From a virus, in the IMG/VR virus record IMGVR_UViG_3300014202_000879, positions 32,001-96,000 of that record: 64,000 nt of DNA. One strand, given 5' to 3'. Below, in pieces: positions 41,088 to 51,098 of this stretch. The notes beneath the pieces are model-generated. The model did no database searches. It was given only the letters and a program-made list of their open reading frames with translations, and was not told where the DNA came from. How positions within the stretch are numbered: the first letter of the stretch is position 1; every line of letters starts with the position of its first letter. A program made the position numbers and the translations under genes.

Positions 41088-41477
41088 ATGAAAAAATCGA
41101 TCTCTGGTGTCTTCGGACACATCACAATGTTTCTTGCATACTTGTCGTGTCTCCTGTTTGGTCAACGCAAGGCAGACGTAGCAAAGGTGGCCGCTCCATC
41201 TGCTTCGGTGTACGACGCCCATACTGGCAAACCGCTGAACGAAGTGGCTTACGAAAAAGCCACCAAGATGTTTAATTCAGCCTACTACCCCAGGTGTGCA
41301 GATACCGAGCTGCAAGAAAATGCGTTCTACATCATGTCCATCGACAGAGTACCCATGGCAGACATAGATGGCAAAAAAACCATGAAGGTTGTTGTCTACC
41401 TGCACAACCAGGAATACGACATCGAACTCAATCTACCCAGAGACCGCCTGTCGGAATACTTCGTCACCAAGGACTGA
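41088..41477 (+). CDS. hypothetical protein with N-terminal membrane anchor
   Basis: hydrophobic aa 7-25, AAGGA RBS. Confidence 0.7.
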   Translation: MKKSISGVFGHITMFLAYLSCLLFGQRKADVAKVAAPSASVYDAHTGKPLNEVAYEKATKMFNSAYYPRCADTELQENAFYIMSIDRVPMADIDGKKTMKVVVYLHNQEYDIELNLPRDRLSEYFVTKD

Positions 41478-41482
41478 ACAAA

Positions 41483-42937
41483 ATGTCAGCACTCATAAGA
41501 CTGCAAAGCCAACTGGCTATCGAAAACCATTTCCAGTACACCGATGAAGATCGGTTTCTTGATGAGGTAGGTATTGAGAACATCTACCTGGGCGTTGACA
41601 ACGGCGATATGGAGAAAGTGACTGCTGGTATCACAGCAGCCCTTGAGAGCGCCGATCGCGTCAACCACTACCTAAGAGACATCCAGGCTATGAAATTCGT
41701 TCCTAAGGCCATCTACGTGCCTTTAAAGCGAAGCCTGTTTGAAACGCTCGATGATCTGTCTCTTCAGATGACATCTTTGGCCACCGAAGCCGATTATTCG
41801 GACGGCGACAACTACCGCAGCTTGGCTCTTGAGAGTTTGACGGGTGCCTTGCGGGCTATCTTTCAAGCCATCCGAAAGGCTTTTGCCTGGGTATGGGGCA
41901 TGCTTAAAAAGATCTTTGGCTTCGATGGCGAGCGCAAGAACAGACTGGCTGAGAACAGCTTTCATGATGCGCAAAAGCGACTTGAGAACGTCCTTAACCA
42001 GATGAACGTTTTCGATGAAGCCAAGCTCAACGAGTTTGTCTCTGATACCACCATCCCTGTGGTGATGCAGATGCGCGAACTCTACAAGTCGGCTGATCAT
42101 GATCTGAACTCCGACGACATCCACGGTGGGTGTGATCGTACGCTGGGTGCGGCCTTGCTACTTCGGCAGTCCATGGACGAGCTGTATGGCTATCAGAGCA
42201 CCCTGGGGGTTTTCTTATCGACCAGGTTCCTTAATCAGGATGCAGACGGGATCGACAAGATGGCCGACTCGTTCAAGAGCGACAACCCTATCCAGCACCA
42301 CCCTGTCCTGGGTGACTTGATCACGGCACAGCGGGGCTTGGTTACCCTACTCAGTCAGAAACTGGCCACAATCAAATACAAAGACCTGTCCAGTGCCCAG
42401 AAAAAGAGCCTGGATGATGCAAACATCGATCCTTCGTCGGTGTTTGGTATTCCGATAGGCGACAGGGTGTGTGTTATTGTGAACAGAAAGACCAGCGACT
42501 CCTTGCCCGAGATCGACAAACTGCTTATCGACAACATTCCTTTGTTCAAGATGCTGGATGGGGACGATAAATCCACCAGCACCTACACAAAGTCTGTGAT
42601 ACGCCCGCCTATACCGACCCAGCTTGAAGTGATCAAACATAACTTTCGCAAGTTCTCGGAGTTGGCCAAAGACTTTAAGACGCTACAAGACAGCCTCTTT
42701 AAGTCCAGTGAAAAGTTCAGCGTCTTTGCCACTGCCCTGGAGAAAAGCGGTGGTGAAGACAACGGTCGAGATTACAAGCCCCTGATATCCATATTCAGCC
42801 ACATGTCCAACGTGTATCTGAATGCCTCTACTTGTCTTGCACGTGCTGAAGGCATCCGTACGGAAGAGGTTGCAAAACTCCAGAAATACATGGAGTTCAC
42901 AGCCCAAGCTTACGAATACGCCATAAAGGCCGACTAA
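41483..42937 (+). CDS. internal head protein (gp93/gp162-like family)
   Basis: LAIE/LATE/LALE sites, then AIFQAIRKAFAWVWGMLKKIFG amphipathic helix as in 33522-35027. Confidence 0.7.
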   Translation: MSALIRLQSQLAIENHFQYTDEDRFLDEVGIENIYLGVDNGDMEKVTAGITAALESADRVNHYLRDIQAMKFVPKAIYVPLKRSLFETLDDLSLQMTSLATEADYSDGDNYRSLALESLTGALRAIFQAIRKAFAWVWGMLKKIFGFDGERKNRLAENSFHDAQKRLENVLNQMNVFDEAKLNEFVSDTTIPVVMQMRELYKSADHDLNSDDIHGGCDRTLGAALLLRQSMDELYGYQSTLGVFLSTRFLNQDADGIDKMADSFKSDNPIQHHPVLGDLITAQRGLVTLLSQKLATIKYKDLSSAQKKSLDDANIDPSSVFGIPIGDRVCVIVNRKTSDSLPEIDKLLIDNIPLFKMLDGDDKSTSTYTKSVIRPPIPTQLEVIKHNFRKFSELAKDFKTLQDSLFKSSEKFSVFATALEKSGGEDNGRDYKPLISIFSHMSNVYLNASTCLARAEGIRTEEVAKLQKYMEFTAQAYEYAIKAD

Positions 42938-43092
42938 CCTACCCATGGTCTCGACCGATATCGAGATTCTTTGGAGTTACATAAAGTAGTACCTAACGCG
43001 TGCTGTCTACACTGTAAGCACTTGTGCTCCACCATCGTAGCGCACGCTACGATGGTGGAGCAGTGTTAAATCTTATTCGCAAAGGAACCACC

Positions 43093-43890
43093 ATGGCAGA
43101 CCGCCCACTCAGCACGGCGCCCCCCGTGACCACTCAGGAGGATGCGACCGCGTCACAGATACACGTTATCCATGCGGCTTCCAACAAACTTTTGTCTGTT
43201 GGACTTCTTTTGTCGCTTGTGACGAAGTTGTCTCTTGGCATCGATAATATCGACAACACAGCAGATAGCGATAAGCCAGTATCCACCTATCAAGAGCAGG
43301 CTATACAAGAGGTAGTGGATTTTTTCTCTAGCCAGCTTGATTCCATCGGTAATTCCTTAAACAACCTAGGGAATGATCTCGATTCGCTGGGGACGTACAT
43401 CGATGAAATAATCGAAAATCTCACAGCTCTTGAGGTGGGTACCATCAGAGATATCGAAGAAAGAGTCAGTGTTATAGAGGACATCAAACAACAGTTACTC
43501 ACACCCACCAGTGTGATGCCCATTGCCTTGGCTAAGATTGCTTCTGAGTTTGTTGCTGGCCCAGCTTTTTCTTTCAGGAACGTGTTCGACGATATGCTTC
43601 TTGAGACTCTTATTCTGACACTCGACGCACCCTCTACCGAGGGTGATACGGTTTTCGATTTGTTTGTCGATGGAGTTAGTGTTCTTAGTCAGCCTTTGAC
43701 TCTTGGTGTTGGCATAACCACCAGTGTAGAGCTGCCGCTGGTTGCACATTCATCGCAAGCCGATCTTGGGCGTCTGCTTATGGCTGGCGAAACTCTGTCA
43801 GGGGCTTTTACATCTATAGGCACTGGTGTGCGCACACCTGTTTTGATGGTTAAGTGGCGCAAGACCAGACCAGCGGACTATTTGGTGTAG
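43093..43890 (+). CDS. putative tail fibre/adhesin-associated protein (coiled coil plus beta domain)
   Basis: AAGGA RBS; heptad region then beta-rich C-terminus. Confidence 0.55.
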   Translation: MADRPLSTAPPVTTQEDATASQIHVIHAASNKLLSVGLLLSLVTKLSLGIDNIDNTADSDKPVSTYQEQAIQEVVDFFSSQLDSIGNSLNNLGNDLDSLGTYIDEIIENLTALEVGTIRDIEERVSVIEDIKQQLLTPTSVMPIALAKIASEFVAGPAFSFRNVFDDMLLETLILTLDAPSTEGDTVFDLFVDGVSVLSQPLTLGVGITTSVELPLVAHSSQADLGRLLMAGETLSGAFTSIGTGVRTPVLMVKWRKTRPADYLV

Positions 43891-43891
43891 T

Positions 43892-44338
43892 ATGTTTAAC
43901 CAACACTGGGCAGACTATGTTGCACCGCCCCCTATGCAGACTCTGGGGGTCTTATATATAGGTAGCAGTTTTGCATTTGAGATAGGCAACTACTTAACGG
44001 TGGGTTCGGACATCGAGTACAATGACCACTACAGTGGCACACTGACAGTCGGCTCAACCGCTGCTTTTTCTGTAGACAATTTCTTGTACACAGGGTCTTA
44101 TTTCAACTACCCTATCTCTACAGACTTAATGGACATATGGTCCGATGATGTCGGCATAGATGGTCTTGGGTTTCTTGAAATGGGGTCTGATGACGCTGCT
44201 GCAGACGCTCTCTTACCTATGCAGATGCGTTCGGGGGACGAGATAGAGAACAACGTAGGGTCTATAGCTGTAACAAGCAACACGTTGCAGCAGATAGATA
44301 AAGTTGCTGTAATCAAACTTCAATCACCATCCATGTAA
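43892..44338 (+). CDS. hypothetical acidic protein
   Basis: 148 aa, operonic. Confidence 0.65.
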   Translation: MFNQHWADYVAPPPMQTLGVLYIGSSFAFEIGNYLTVGSDIEYNDHYSGTLTVGSTAAFSVDNFLYTGSYFNYPISTDLMDIWSDDVGIDGLGFLEMGSDDAAADALLPMQMRSGDEIENNVGSIAVTSNTLQQIDKVAVIKLQSPSM

Positions 44339-44347
44339 AGGACAATC

Positions 44348-45334
44348 ATGCCCATAACAATGAACCCACAACTTTTAAGTCTTCACCTACAGGCTGTTTT
44401 TGATATAGCGGCACCTAATGGAGCATCGCAGCTTTATGCGAATTTGGGCCATGGGGATTTCCCACCATCACCGGTGTCCACAACGTTAGTTACCGGAACC
44501 AGCGGAAACGTTCTCTCTGGTGTCGGTTCTACTTACGGTCTTACCGTATTTCCAAAATCAGCATGGTCGATACCTTCTAAAGGCGCAACCATGCTGATAG
44601 GTAATGTGGCACTAACCACAGTCACATCGATTGCAAGGGTACCCACTTTCGTAAGACTAGGGACAACTGCACTAATAGGCACTAGCTTTGGTATCGATGC
44701 TTCTGTCGACGTTGTCAAAGGTTCTGGGAACTTTGTCATAGATAGACTAGATGCTGTTGCCGGCATGACCTATTCTCTTAAAGACGCACGTCTGAAGATA
44801 AGGACAACTGGTGCTTTCTCCGTCAATAACACAATAGCTAACGCCATACTGGCTAGCTTAACAGGAAATGCTTCGATGACGTCTGGCTACGCAGGCGCAT
44901 TTATGCTTGGTCTGCCTTACGTTAACAAAAACGACGGTACACCACAGGCTGCTCCTATTTTGTTAGAGGCTTTTGATGGCCCTGTGCCGTTGAGTGCCAA
45001 TGATGAATCCACCGGCACCAAGCTGTGGTCTAAAAGCATCAGTAGCACGGTAGGCGCAAATATTTTCTCTATAATCAATAACGCAATAGCCCTACAAGGT
45101 GATACGTCAGCTGCGATCATAGCCAATGGAATACCTACCTATGTTCGTATTACAAAAGCAGCAGCCACAGCTACCTTATCGGCTCAACCTACCTTGACTT
45201 ATCCGAAGGGCGTGATTCAAGCTCCTGTGGGTGATGGCGTTAATGAAGTTACATTTGACAAGTCTATTTTTGTCGCTGGACAAACAGCAACATTAAATTC
45301 GTTCACCATGATTTTCTATCCAAACTTAATCTAA
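44348..45334 (+). CDS. putative virion surface/receptor-binding protein, paralog 1 of 3
   Basis: EAFDGPVPLSAND...GTKLWS and GIPTYVRI motifs shared with the next two genes. Confidence 0.65.
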   Translation: MPITMNPQLLSLHLQAVFDIAAPNGASQLYANLGHGDFPPSPVSTTLVTGTSGNVLSGVGSTYGLTVFPKSAWSIPSKGATMLIGNVALTTVTSIARVPTFVRLGTTALIGTSFGIDASVDVVKGSGNFVIDRLDAVAGMTYSLKDARLKIRTTGAFSVNNTIANAILASLTGNASMTSGYAGAFMLGLPYVNKNDGTPQAAPILLEAFDGPVPLSANDESTGTKLWSKSISSTVGANIFSIINNAIALQGDTSAAIIANGIPTYVRITKAAATATLSAQPTLTYPKGVIQAPVGDGVNEVTFDKSIFVAGQTATLNSFTMIFYPNLI

Positions 45335-45352
45335 CACCAGAAGAAAGCTCAT

Positions 45353-46327
45353 ATGTCAATCTCAATGAACCCGACGTCGATCTACTATGCACTAGGTGGT
45401 GTTTTCGATTACTTCGGTGGCGCTAATAGTTCACCTTTAGGTTTCATCACACTCTGTAGCGGGGCACCGCCAGGAATTGCTGGTGCTCTTCCTGATTCTC
45501 AAATATTGTCTGGCACTGCTGCAGCTGGTTCCGGTGTAAATTTCCCAGTGAATTCTTGGTCTATCCCATCCAGAGGTGTTTGTATTCTGATCAACGGTGT
45601 GCAGATACCTATACGAACAAGCCTACCAATCAACAAAGTTCCTTCGTTTGTTCGTATAGGGACCTACTCCATGCCAGGTATGGAAGTGCCTATCGATACT
45701 GTTAAAGGACCAGAAAACTTTGTGATTAGCAGTCTCAACCCAGTTGTTTCTGGCGGGTCTGTTGTTCTGAAAGACGCGCGTTTGAAGATTCAAACAGAAG
45801 GTCCGTTCAGTCTGAACAACGCACTGGCCAACGCCATACTGGCTAATTGGACAGGGAGCATGTCCACTCTCTTAGGTTACGGTGGAAATCTTATGTTCGG
45901 ATGGCCAACCGCATGGCTACCGAATGGTTCATCTGCTTCATCACCTCTCGTTTTTGAAGCTTTTGACGGACCTGTGCCACTGAGTGCCAATGATGATGCC
46001 ACCGGTACCAAACTGTGGTCAAGGAGTCTCAGTAACTTAGCAGCTTCGGCTGGTGTTCTTTCTGTTGTGACCAACACAATCTCTCTTTCAACGACACCTA
46101 CAGCCAACGCCATAGCTGACGGAACCCCCACCTATGTCCGTATATCAAAAGCAGCTTTGTCTGGAACAGATGCTGGCGGTGCTGAATACAATTACCCTAA
46201 AATGGTCATTCAAGCACCTGTAGGTGAAGGAGCAGGGTATGTCACTTTTGACAGAACCACTTTTGTCGCGGGCCAGTCGGCTGCTCTGAATTCCTTCACC
46301 ATGGTGTTTTACCCTAACCTGACTTAA
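45353..46327 (+). CDS. putative virion surface protein, paralog 2 of 3
   Basis: same motifs; ends LNSFTMVFYPNL. Confidence 0.65.
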   Translation: MSISMNPTSIYYALGGVFDYFGGANSSPLGFITLCSGAPPGIAGALPDSQILSGTAAAGSGVNFPVNSWSIPSRGVCILINGVQIPIRTSLPINKVPSFVRIGTYSMPGMEVPIDTVKGPENFVISSLNPVVSGGSVVLKDARLKIQTEGPFSLNNALANAILANWTGSMSTLLGYGGNLMFGWPTAWLPNGSSASSPLVFEAFDGPVPLSANDDATGTKLWSRSLSNLAASAGVLSVVTNTISLSTTPTANAIADGTPTYVRISKAALSGTDAGGAEYNYPKMVIQAPVGEGAGYVTFDRTTFVAGQSAALNSFTMVFYPNLT

Positions 46328-46331
46328 AGCC

Positions 46332-47252
46332 ATGTCCACCATCAACATAGCAGCTGTTCAAAATGCGCTACAGGGTACCTTTACAGAAAACTACAGTGCA
46401 GCACCTGCTGTCGTTGGGCAGTTGATTCTGTCAAGAGGTGCTATGCCAATATCGCCGTCTGTGGCTATCAGTGCCGCTGACAATATAACAAGCGGCACTG
46501 TGGCTATCGCACATTCGCTCTTTACATCGCCAGCAGACGGGAGCATCCAGCTACTGAGTCCTCTGACCATACCCATCAAGACTTCTGTGGTCGATGCTGT
46601 CCCAACGTTCATACGACTACAGACAACAGTCCCTGTGGGTATCATAGATATCCCTGTATCCGATACCCCTGGATTAGACAATGCTGTCATTTCAAACGTC
46701 CTCATCAGCACAGGCCAGTCTGTTCAGATCACAAGCCTAAGTGTCAATCTGGCTGGGTTTAATGACCTCGTTATCTCTAAGTCATATCTTGATGGCATAC
46801 TCAGGCTGATGTTTGGATTTCCTACGGCCGCTGGTCACAACAACAGACTGATGGGGACTTGGTCCAAAGTCATCAATTCCTCCACATCGGCTGAAGTTAA
46901 CGCTGTGTTGGCCATAGAGGCGTACGATGGCGCCGTGCCCCTGACAGACGACGAGACGCCTGCTGGTACGCTCCTTTGGAAACGCACCATTCCCACAGCC
47001 GAGCTTCCTGCTGTACTCTCGGTCATCAACAACTCCATCTACTCCAATAGAGTTCACCAAGCCAATGCGCTGGCCACAGGCATACCTACTTTCATCAGGA
47101 TCGTCAAGAACGCCATTACCAGTGGTACAGGGGTTTACCCACGGTTATGCATCCAGCTGACTATTGAGAAACATGTGGGTTTCGCACAAACCGAAATGGT
47201 CACTGGTGTATCGAATACCCTCTCGCAATTCAATTTGTCCATGCTACCGTAG
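46332..47252 (+). CDS. putative virion surface protein, paralog 3 of 3
   Basis: EAYDGAVPL...GTLLW and GIPTFIRI. Confidence 0.65.
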   Translation: MSTINIAAVQNALQGTFTENYSAAPAVVGQLILSRGAMPISPSVAISAADNITSGTVAIAHSLFTSPADGSIQLLSPLTIPIKTSVVDAVPTFIRLQTTVPVGIIDIPVSDTPGLDNAVISNVLISTGQSVQITSLSVNLAGFNDLVISKSYLDGILRLMFGFPTAAGHNNRLMGTWSKVINSSTSAEVNAVLAIEAYDGAVPLTDDETPAGTLLWKRTIPTAELPAVLSVINNSIYSNRVHQANALATGIPTFIRIVKNAITSGTGVYPRLCIQLTIEKHVGFAQTEMVTGVSNTLSQFNLSMLP

Positions 47253-47264
47253 AAAAGGAAACCC

Positions 47265-47681
47265 ATGGCAAGATACAATCAAACCAGTCTGAAAGCTGCT
47301 CTATGTGCTCACATAGGGCACCATATCGGTATCAGTACCAATATGGATGATTACGATATGAGATGCATACGACCCCGTGTGGGGTTTACCCACGGATTCG
47401 AGCTCAACACAAAAGTCACCACAGACTATGTGAGGGTTCGTGTGTACATCAAGAACACCATCGTGGAACACTACCTGCGCCCACCTGTACTGGAAGCCGA
47501 TGACCAGACCAAGGTGGGCGCAGAGGACATAATCCGTGTGGTACTCGGTGCCCTTAACCTGGGTACCGCCGAGTACTGTGCTATCGAAGAAGGAGCTACT
47601 GCGCCTGCTACAGACCGTATCTTGTATGAGGATGGGGGCGCTATTCTTTGGCTCAATGGCGACTACATGGCATGGGAGTAA
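47265..47681 (+). CDS. hypothetical virion-associated protein
   Basis: AAGGA RBS, 138 aa. Confidence 0.7.
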   Translation: MARYNQTSLKAALCAHIGHHIGISTNMDDYDMRCIRPRVGFTHGFELNTKVTTDYVRVRVYIKNTIVEHYLRPPVLEADDQTKVGAEDIIRVVLGALNLGTAEYCAIEEGATAPATDRILYEDGGAILWLNGDYMAWE

Positions 47682-47684
47682 ATC

Positions 47685-48068
47685 ATGGGTGAAGATTTCT
47701 ACGGCAGAAACATCCGTCAAAGGTCAGATAAAGCCCAGAAGCAGACAGAAGGTTTGGTGGCCAAATGTCTGCTCAAACAAGGCTTCAACAAAGTAACGGT
47801 ACCTGATGCTGGTGGTCGGTCCAAACGCGTGACCATCAACATTTGTGCTTACGGTATCTCGGCAAACAACCCTGTGGAGATCATGGTGTACATCACCAAC
47901 GATACTTTAGGGGACCCACAAGTTGCGGATCTTATCGATGTAGCTCAGGTTACACGGTACGGGCCTTACGTGAGGTCTCCTGTATCTATGAACGCCGATG
48001 AGATCATCGTCGTCTACTCTCCTTCTGACAACTTGGTTGCCAGGATAGAGGGCTACCAACTCACCTAA
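47685..48068 (+). CDS. hypothetical protein
   Basis: GGAG RBS, 127 aa. Confidence 0.7.
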   Translation: MGEDFYGRNIRQRSDKAQKQTEGLVAKCLLKQGFNKVTVPDAGGRSKRVTINICAYGISANNPVEIMVYITNDTLGDPQVADLIDVAQVTRYGPYVRSPVSMNADEIIVVYSPSDNLVARIEGYQLT

Positions 48069-48078
48069 AGGAGCCACC

Positions 48079-48303
48079 ATGGGTATTCGAACAGGCATGC
48101 ATCTGTCTGGAATCACCAGAACTGCTGGCTCCGATGCCAGCTTTGGTATGACGGCTGCACAAGCAGCTGCTATTGATACCGTGATCACAGACAGCCACAC
48201 CCACCCCAACAAAGACACTGTGGACAAACTCTCCACTGAAAACGAACATTTGCAGTTCAATGACGAATTTATCCACATTCCACTAACAAACCCAGGATGG
48301 TAA
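48079..48303 (+). CDS. small tail-fibre-associated protein
   Basis: AAGGAG RBS; SHTHPNK...DKL...GW motif shared with the C-terminus of the next gene. Confidence 0.7.
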   Translation: MGIRTGMHLSGITRTAGSDASFGMTAAQAAAIDTVITDSHTHPNKDTVDKLSTENEHLQFNDEFIHIPLTNPGW

Positions 48304-48307
48304 ACAC

Positions 48308-48880
48308 ATGGCACAAGCGTACCTGAGAGTCCTCAAATCACCCACACCTCCTGTTGGACCCACGTATCAACCACAGACCATGTGGCTGGTGCCCTCGTCC
48401 ACCAGTGGCTTTCTTGACATCTACATCAGCAACGCCGCTGGTACGGAAATCAAGAAAACACCTACACTCGATCATATCAGCAACATGATCGCTACGGCTT
48501 TGGCCAACTACGGTAACACCATCATCGTGGCCAACATCACCGAACTAAACGCTTTGGAGTTACTGGCGGTTACGCAAATCTATGTGCTCGATGCCACAGA
48601 CGACCCAACTGTCGAAACTGGTGCAGCTGTCTATCTTTACAACCCTGTGGGAGGCACCTTCACCAAGATCCAGGAGCTAGCAACCATCGACGCCATCGTC
48701 AACTGGAGCTCCATCCAAGGCAGACCCACATCGTCGGTGGCCAACATCGATGATGCCGTGAGCAAACGACATCCTCATGCCAACCTCACCAGCTTGAACA
48801 AGATCGGTGAAGACGGCGAAGGGTTTCCCACCTACGATGGCAATAACTTCCATGTGTTGTTGTCAGAGGCTGGCTGGTAA
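48308..48880 (+). CDS. tail-fibre-associated protein
   Basis: YVLDATDDPTVETGAAVY, VNWSSIQGRP and HPHANL motifs. Confidence 0.7.
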   Translation: MAQAYLRVLKSPTPPVGPTYQPQTMWLVPSSTSGFLDIYISNAAGTEIKKTPTLDHISNMIATALANYGNTIIVANITELNALELLAVTQIYVLDATDDPTVETGAAVYLYNPVGGTFTKIQELATIDAIVNWSSIQGRPTSSVANIDDAVSKRHPHANLTSLNKIGEDGEGFPTYDGNNFHVLLSEAGW

Positions 48881-48895
48881 TCAAGAAGTCAATGT

Positions 48896-50668
48896 ATGGC
48901 CAAAGCTTACCTGGTTGTCAAGAAAGTCTCTACAGCCCCATCCGTAGGTGAGCCCAACACACTGTACTTGCTGTTGGATGGTGCCAAGCTCAGGATTTAT
49001 TGCTCCAATACAGACGGGACAATTGTGTCCCGTCTTATGGATGAGACAGATACCAACAGTCTGATCAACACCATTTTGCTACTGCTATCGGGTCAACCCG
49101 ATGGCTTGGCTACTCTGGATGCAGACAGCAAAGTAGAACAAACAGCCATAGCCTCAGACAAGTGGGCATCGGCCATCACCCTGCTTCTGAAGGGCGATGT
49201 GGGTGGGTCTGTAACGTTCGATGGCAGTGGGTCTGTGGAGATGTTTGTCTCTAAGCCCCATTCGCCTGTGATGACTTACCTGGATGGTCGTTTGGTCAGA
49301 GTGGATTACCACGATTCGTCGTTCAAGACACTGAGTTACACGGGTGACGATGTCACAACCATAGCCAAGATTCAAGGTGATCGTGTTTTCGTTACCTCGG
49401 TGAACTACGACAGCGAGGGCAATGTGGTATCTGCACCTCAGACAGAAATCACGGCTGACAACGCACTGGCGAACCTGAGTAGTGACATTGACTTCACCAC
49501 CGGGTTTCCTTCTGAGCTGTCATTTGCACGGGGATCTGTTCAAGAGAGAACCAACGCAGCAGGGTTCAAAGAGATGATGGGTATAGATACACCTTGTTTG
49601 GACTATACCTTGATGGGTGAGTCCCTTGGTCTGTTGATCGAGCCACCTGAGACAAACCTGTTGAGATACAGCGACCAGTTTGGCTTTTGGGTAAAATCAG
49701 CCACCACCGTAACTGGGTCTGCTGCACTGGGTCCAGACAACACCATGTCGGCCACCAAGATCGATGAGACAGCTGTCAATGGCAGTCACTCGGTGAGGTC
49801 GCTTTCGTTTCCTGTCATGCAAGGAAACACATACACCATGGTGGTTAGACTCAAGGAAGATGATAGGAACTACTTCAAGACAGAACTTGGTGCGGTCTTT
49901 TCTGACTTCAACGACAACTACGTGATAGGTAATCTACAAGGTGACATCGTATTGTCACAGAAAGCGACAGTACGGCACAGCTTGTACCCAGACGCCAATG
50001 GTTTTCACACAACCAGTATCACCGCTTCAGCCATACGTGACTCAACGAGTGCCTTCATCACGCTCTACGTACGTGGTCCTGGTAGTACCCTGAGTTACCT
50101 GGGCGAACTCGGTAAGGGATTATTCATAACCAACGCCATGGTTCTCGAAAACGCTTTGACTGAGACTGGTCATATCCCTACCTCAGACTCAGTGGCATCC
50201 AGAGCCATCCAGAACGTGGTGCTGATGGGAGACAATTTCGTCGATACCGTGGGCAGCAGAGGTACAGTTTTGATCGAAGGTGTATCCAAGATCATTCCAG
50301 ATGGCTCAAACCAAGTCCTCTTGTCCATGGATGATGGCACCACACTCAACTCTGTTCAGCTGGTCAGAACGTCCCAGACGTCTGCTAGTCTCAGAGTAGA
50401 AACACCAACGTTCACCAGCGATACAGCTGTGACCATCGGGGACTCACTCACCAGCAAGATGGTGCTGGTGTGGTCTCCCTTTTACTTTCAACTGTGGTGC
50501 AATGGACAGCTCGTCCACACAGAAACCAACGCTATGCTACCCCTGAGCCGACTAAGGATAGCTGGTGGCGGCATGGACGGTATTGCTTTCATAGGGCATG
50601 TGAAGAAATTCCAAGTCTGGAAAGACATCATGCTCACTTCCACCATAGCTCAGTCCCTTTCCTCCTAA
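48896..50668 (+). CDS. tail fibre/spike with carbohydrate-binding and LamG-like domains
   Basis: GDVGGSVTFDGS fibre motif; GLLIE...TNLLRYS; C-terminal LWCNG...GHVKKFQVW LamG-like. Confidence 0.7.
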   Translation: MAKAYLVVKKVSTAPSVGEPNTLYLLLDGAKLRIYCSNTDGTIVSRLMDETDTNSLINTILLLLSGQPDGLATLDADSKVEQTAIASDKWASAITLLLKGDVGGSVTFDGSGSVEMFVSKPHSPVMTYLDGRLVRVDYHDSSFKTLSYTGDDVTTIAKIQGDRVFVTSVNYDSEGNVVSAPQTEITADNALANLSSDIDFTTGFPSELSFARGSVQERTNAAGFKEMMGIDTPCLDYTLMGESLGLLIEPPETNLLRYSDQFGFWVKSATTVTGSAALGPDNTMSATKIDETAVNGSHSVRSLSFPVMQGNTYTMVVRLKEDDRNYFKTELGAVFSDFNDNYVIGNLQGDIVLSQKATVRHSLYPDANGFHTTSITASAIRDSTSAFITLYVRGPGSTLSYLGELGKGLFITNAMVLENALTETGHIPTSDSVASRAIQNVVLMGDNFVDTVGSRGTVLIEGVSKIIPDGSNQVLLSMDDGTTLNSVQLVRTSQTSASLRVETPTFTSDTAVTIGDSLTSKMVLVWSPFYFQLWCNGQLVHTETNAMLPLSRLRIAGGGMDGIAFIGHVKKFQVWKDIMLTSTIAQSLSS

Positions 50669-50753
50669 CCATTTACTTAACCATGGAGATATACCCACCA
50701 TGTCTGCATTCAGGAAACTCCTTGACTCCAAACAACTTCCACCAGGAAAACCC

Positions 50754-51098
50754 ATGACACCCAAACTCACCCGCAAGCGCAACGTCTTTGCCCTCTTGGG
50801 CTCCCTCATCATGATCATCCTCTGGTTGATCACAGACCCCGATGCTGGCATCATCACCAGCATGCCTGTGGGTGCCAAGATCTTGGACATCTTCACCGTG
50901 CTGTCCAAGGGCATCATCTACGTGCTTCTGCTGCATTTTTGCCGCAAGTACATCTTGGACTACGTCAATTTTCGATCGCAGATGGAGAAGGCTTGCGAGA
51001 CACCGCAGGGTGCTGGGGCTGCGGCCATCTCCACAGCCATCTACACCTTGGCATTTGCCATCGTCATCTTTGCAGCCACCTCGGGTGGCGTGTTCTAG
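50754..51098 (+). CDS. holin-like membrane protein (three hydrophobic segments)
   Basis: AGGA RBS; TM helices; directly upstream of SLT lysin. Confidence 0.6.
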   Translation: MTPKLTRKRNVFALLGSLIMIILWLITDPDAGIITSMPVGAKILDIFTVLSKGIIYVLLLHFCRKYILDYVNFRSQMEKACETPQGAGAAAISTAIYTLAFAIVIFAATSGGVF

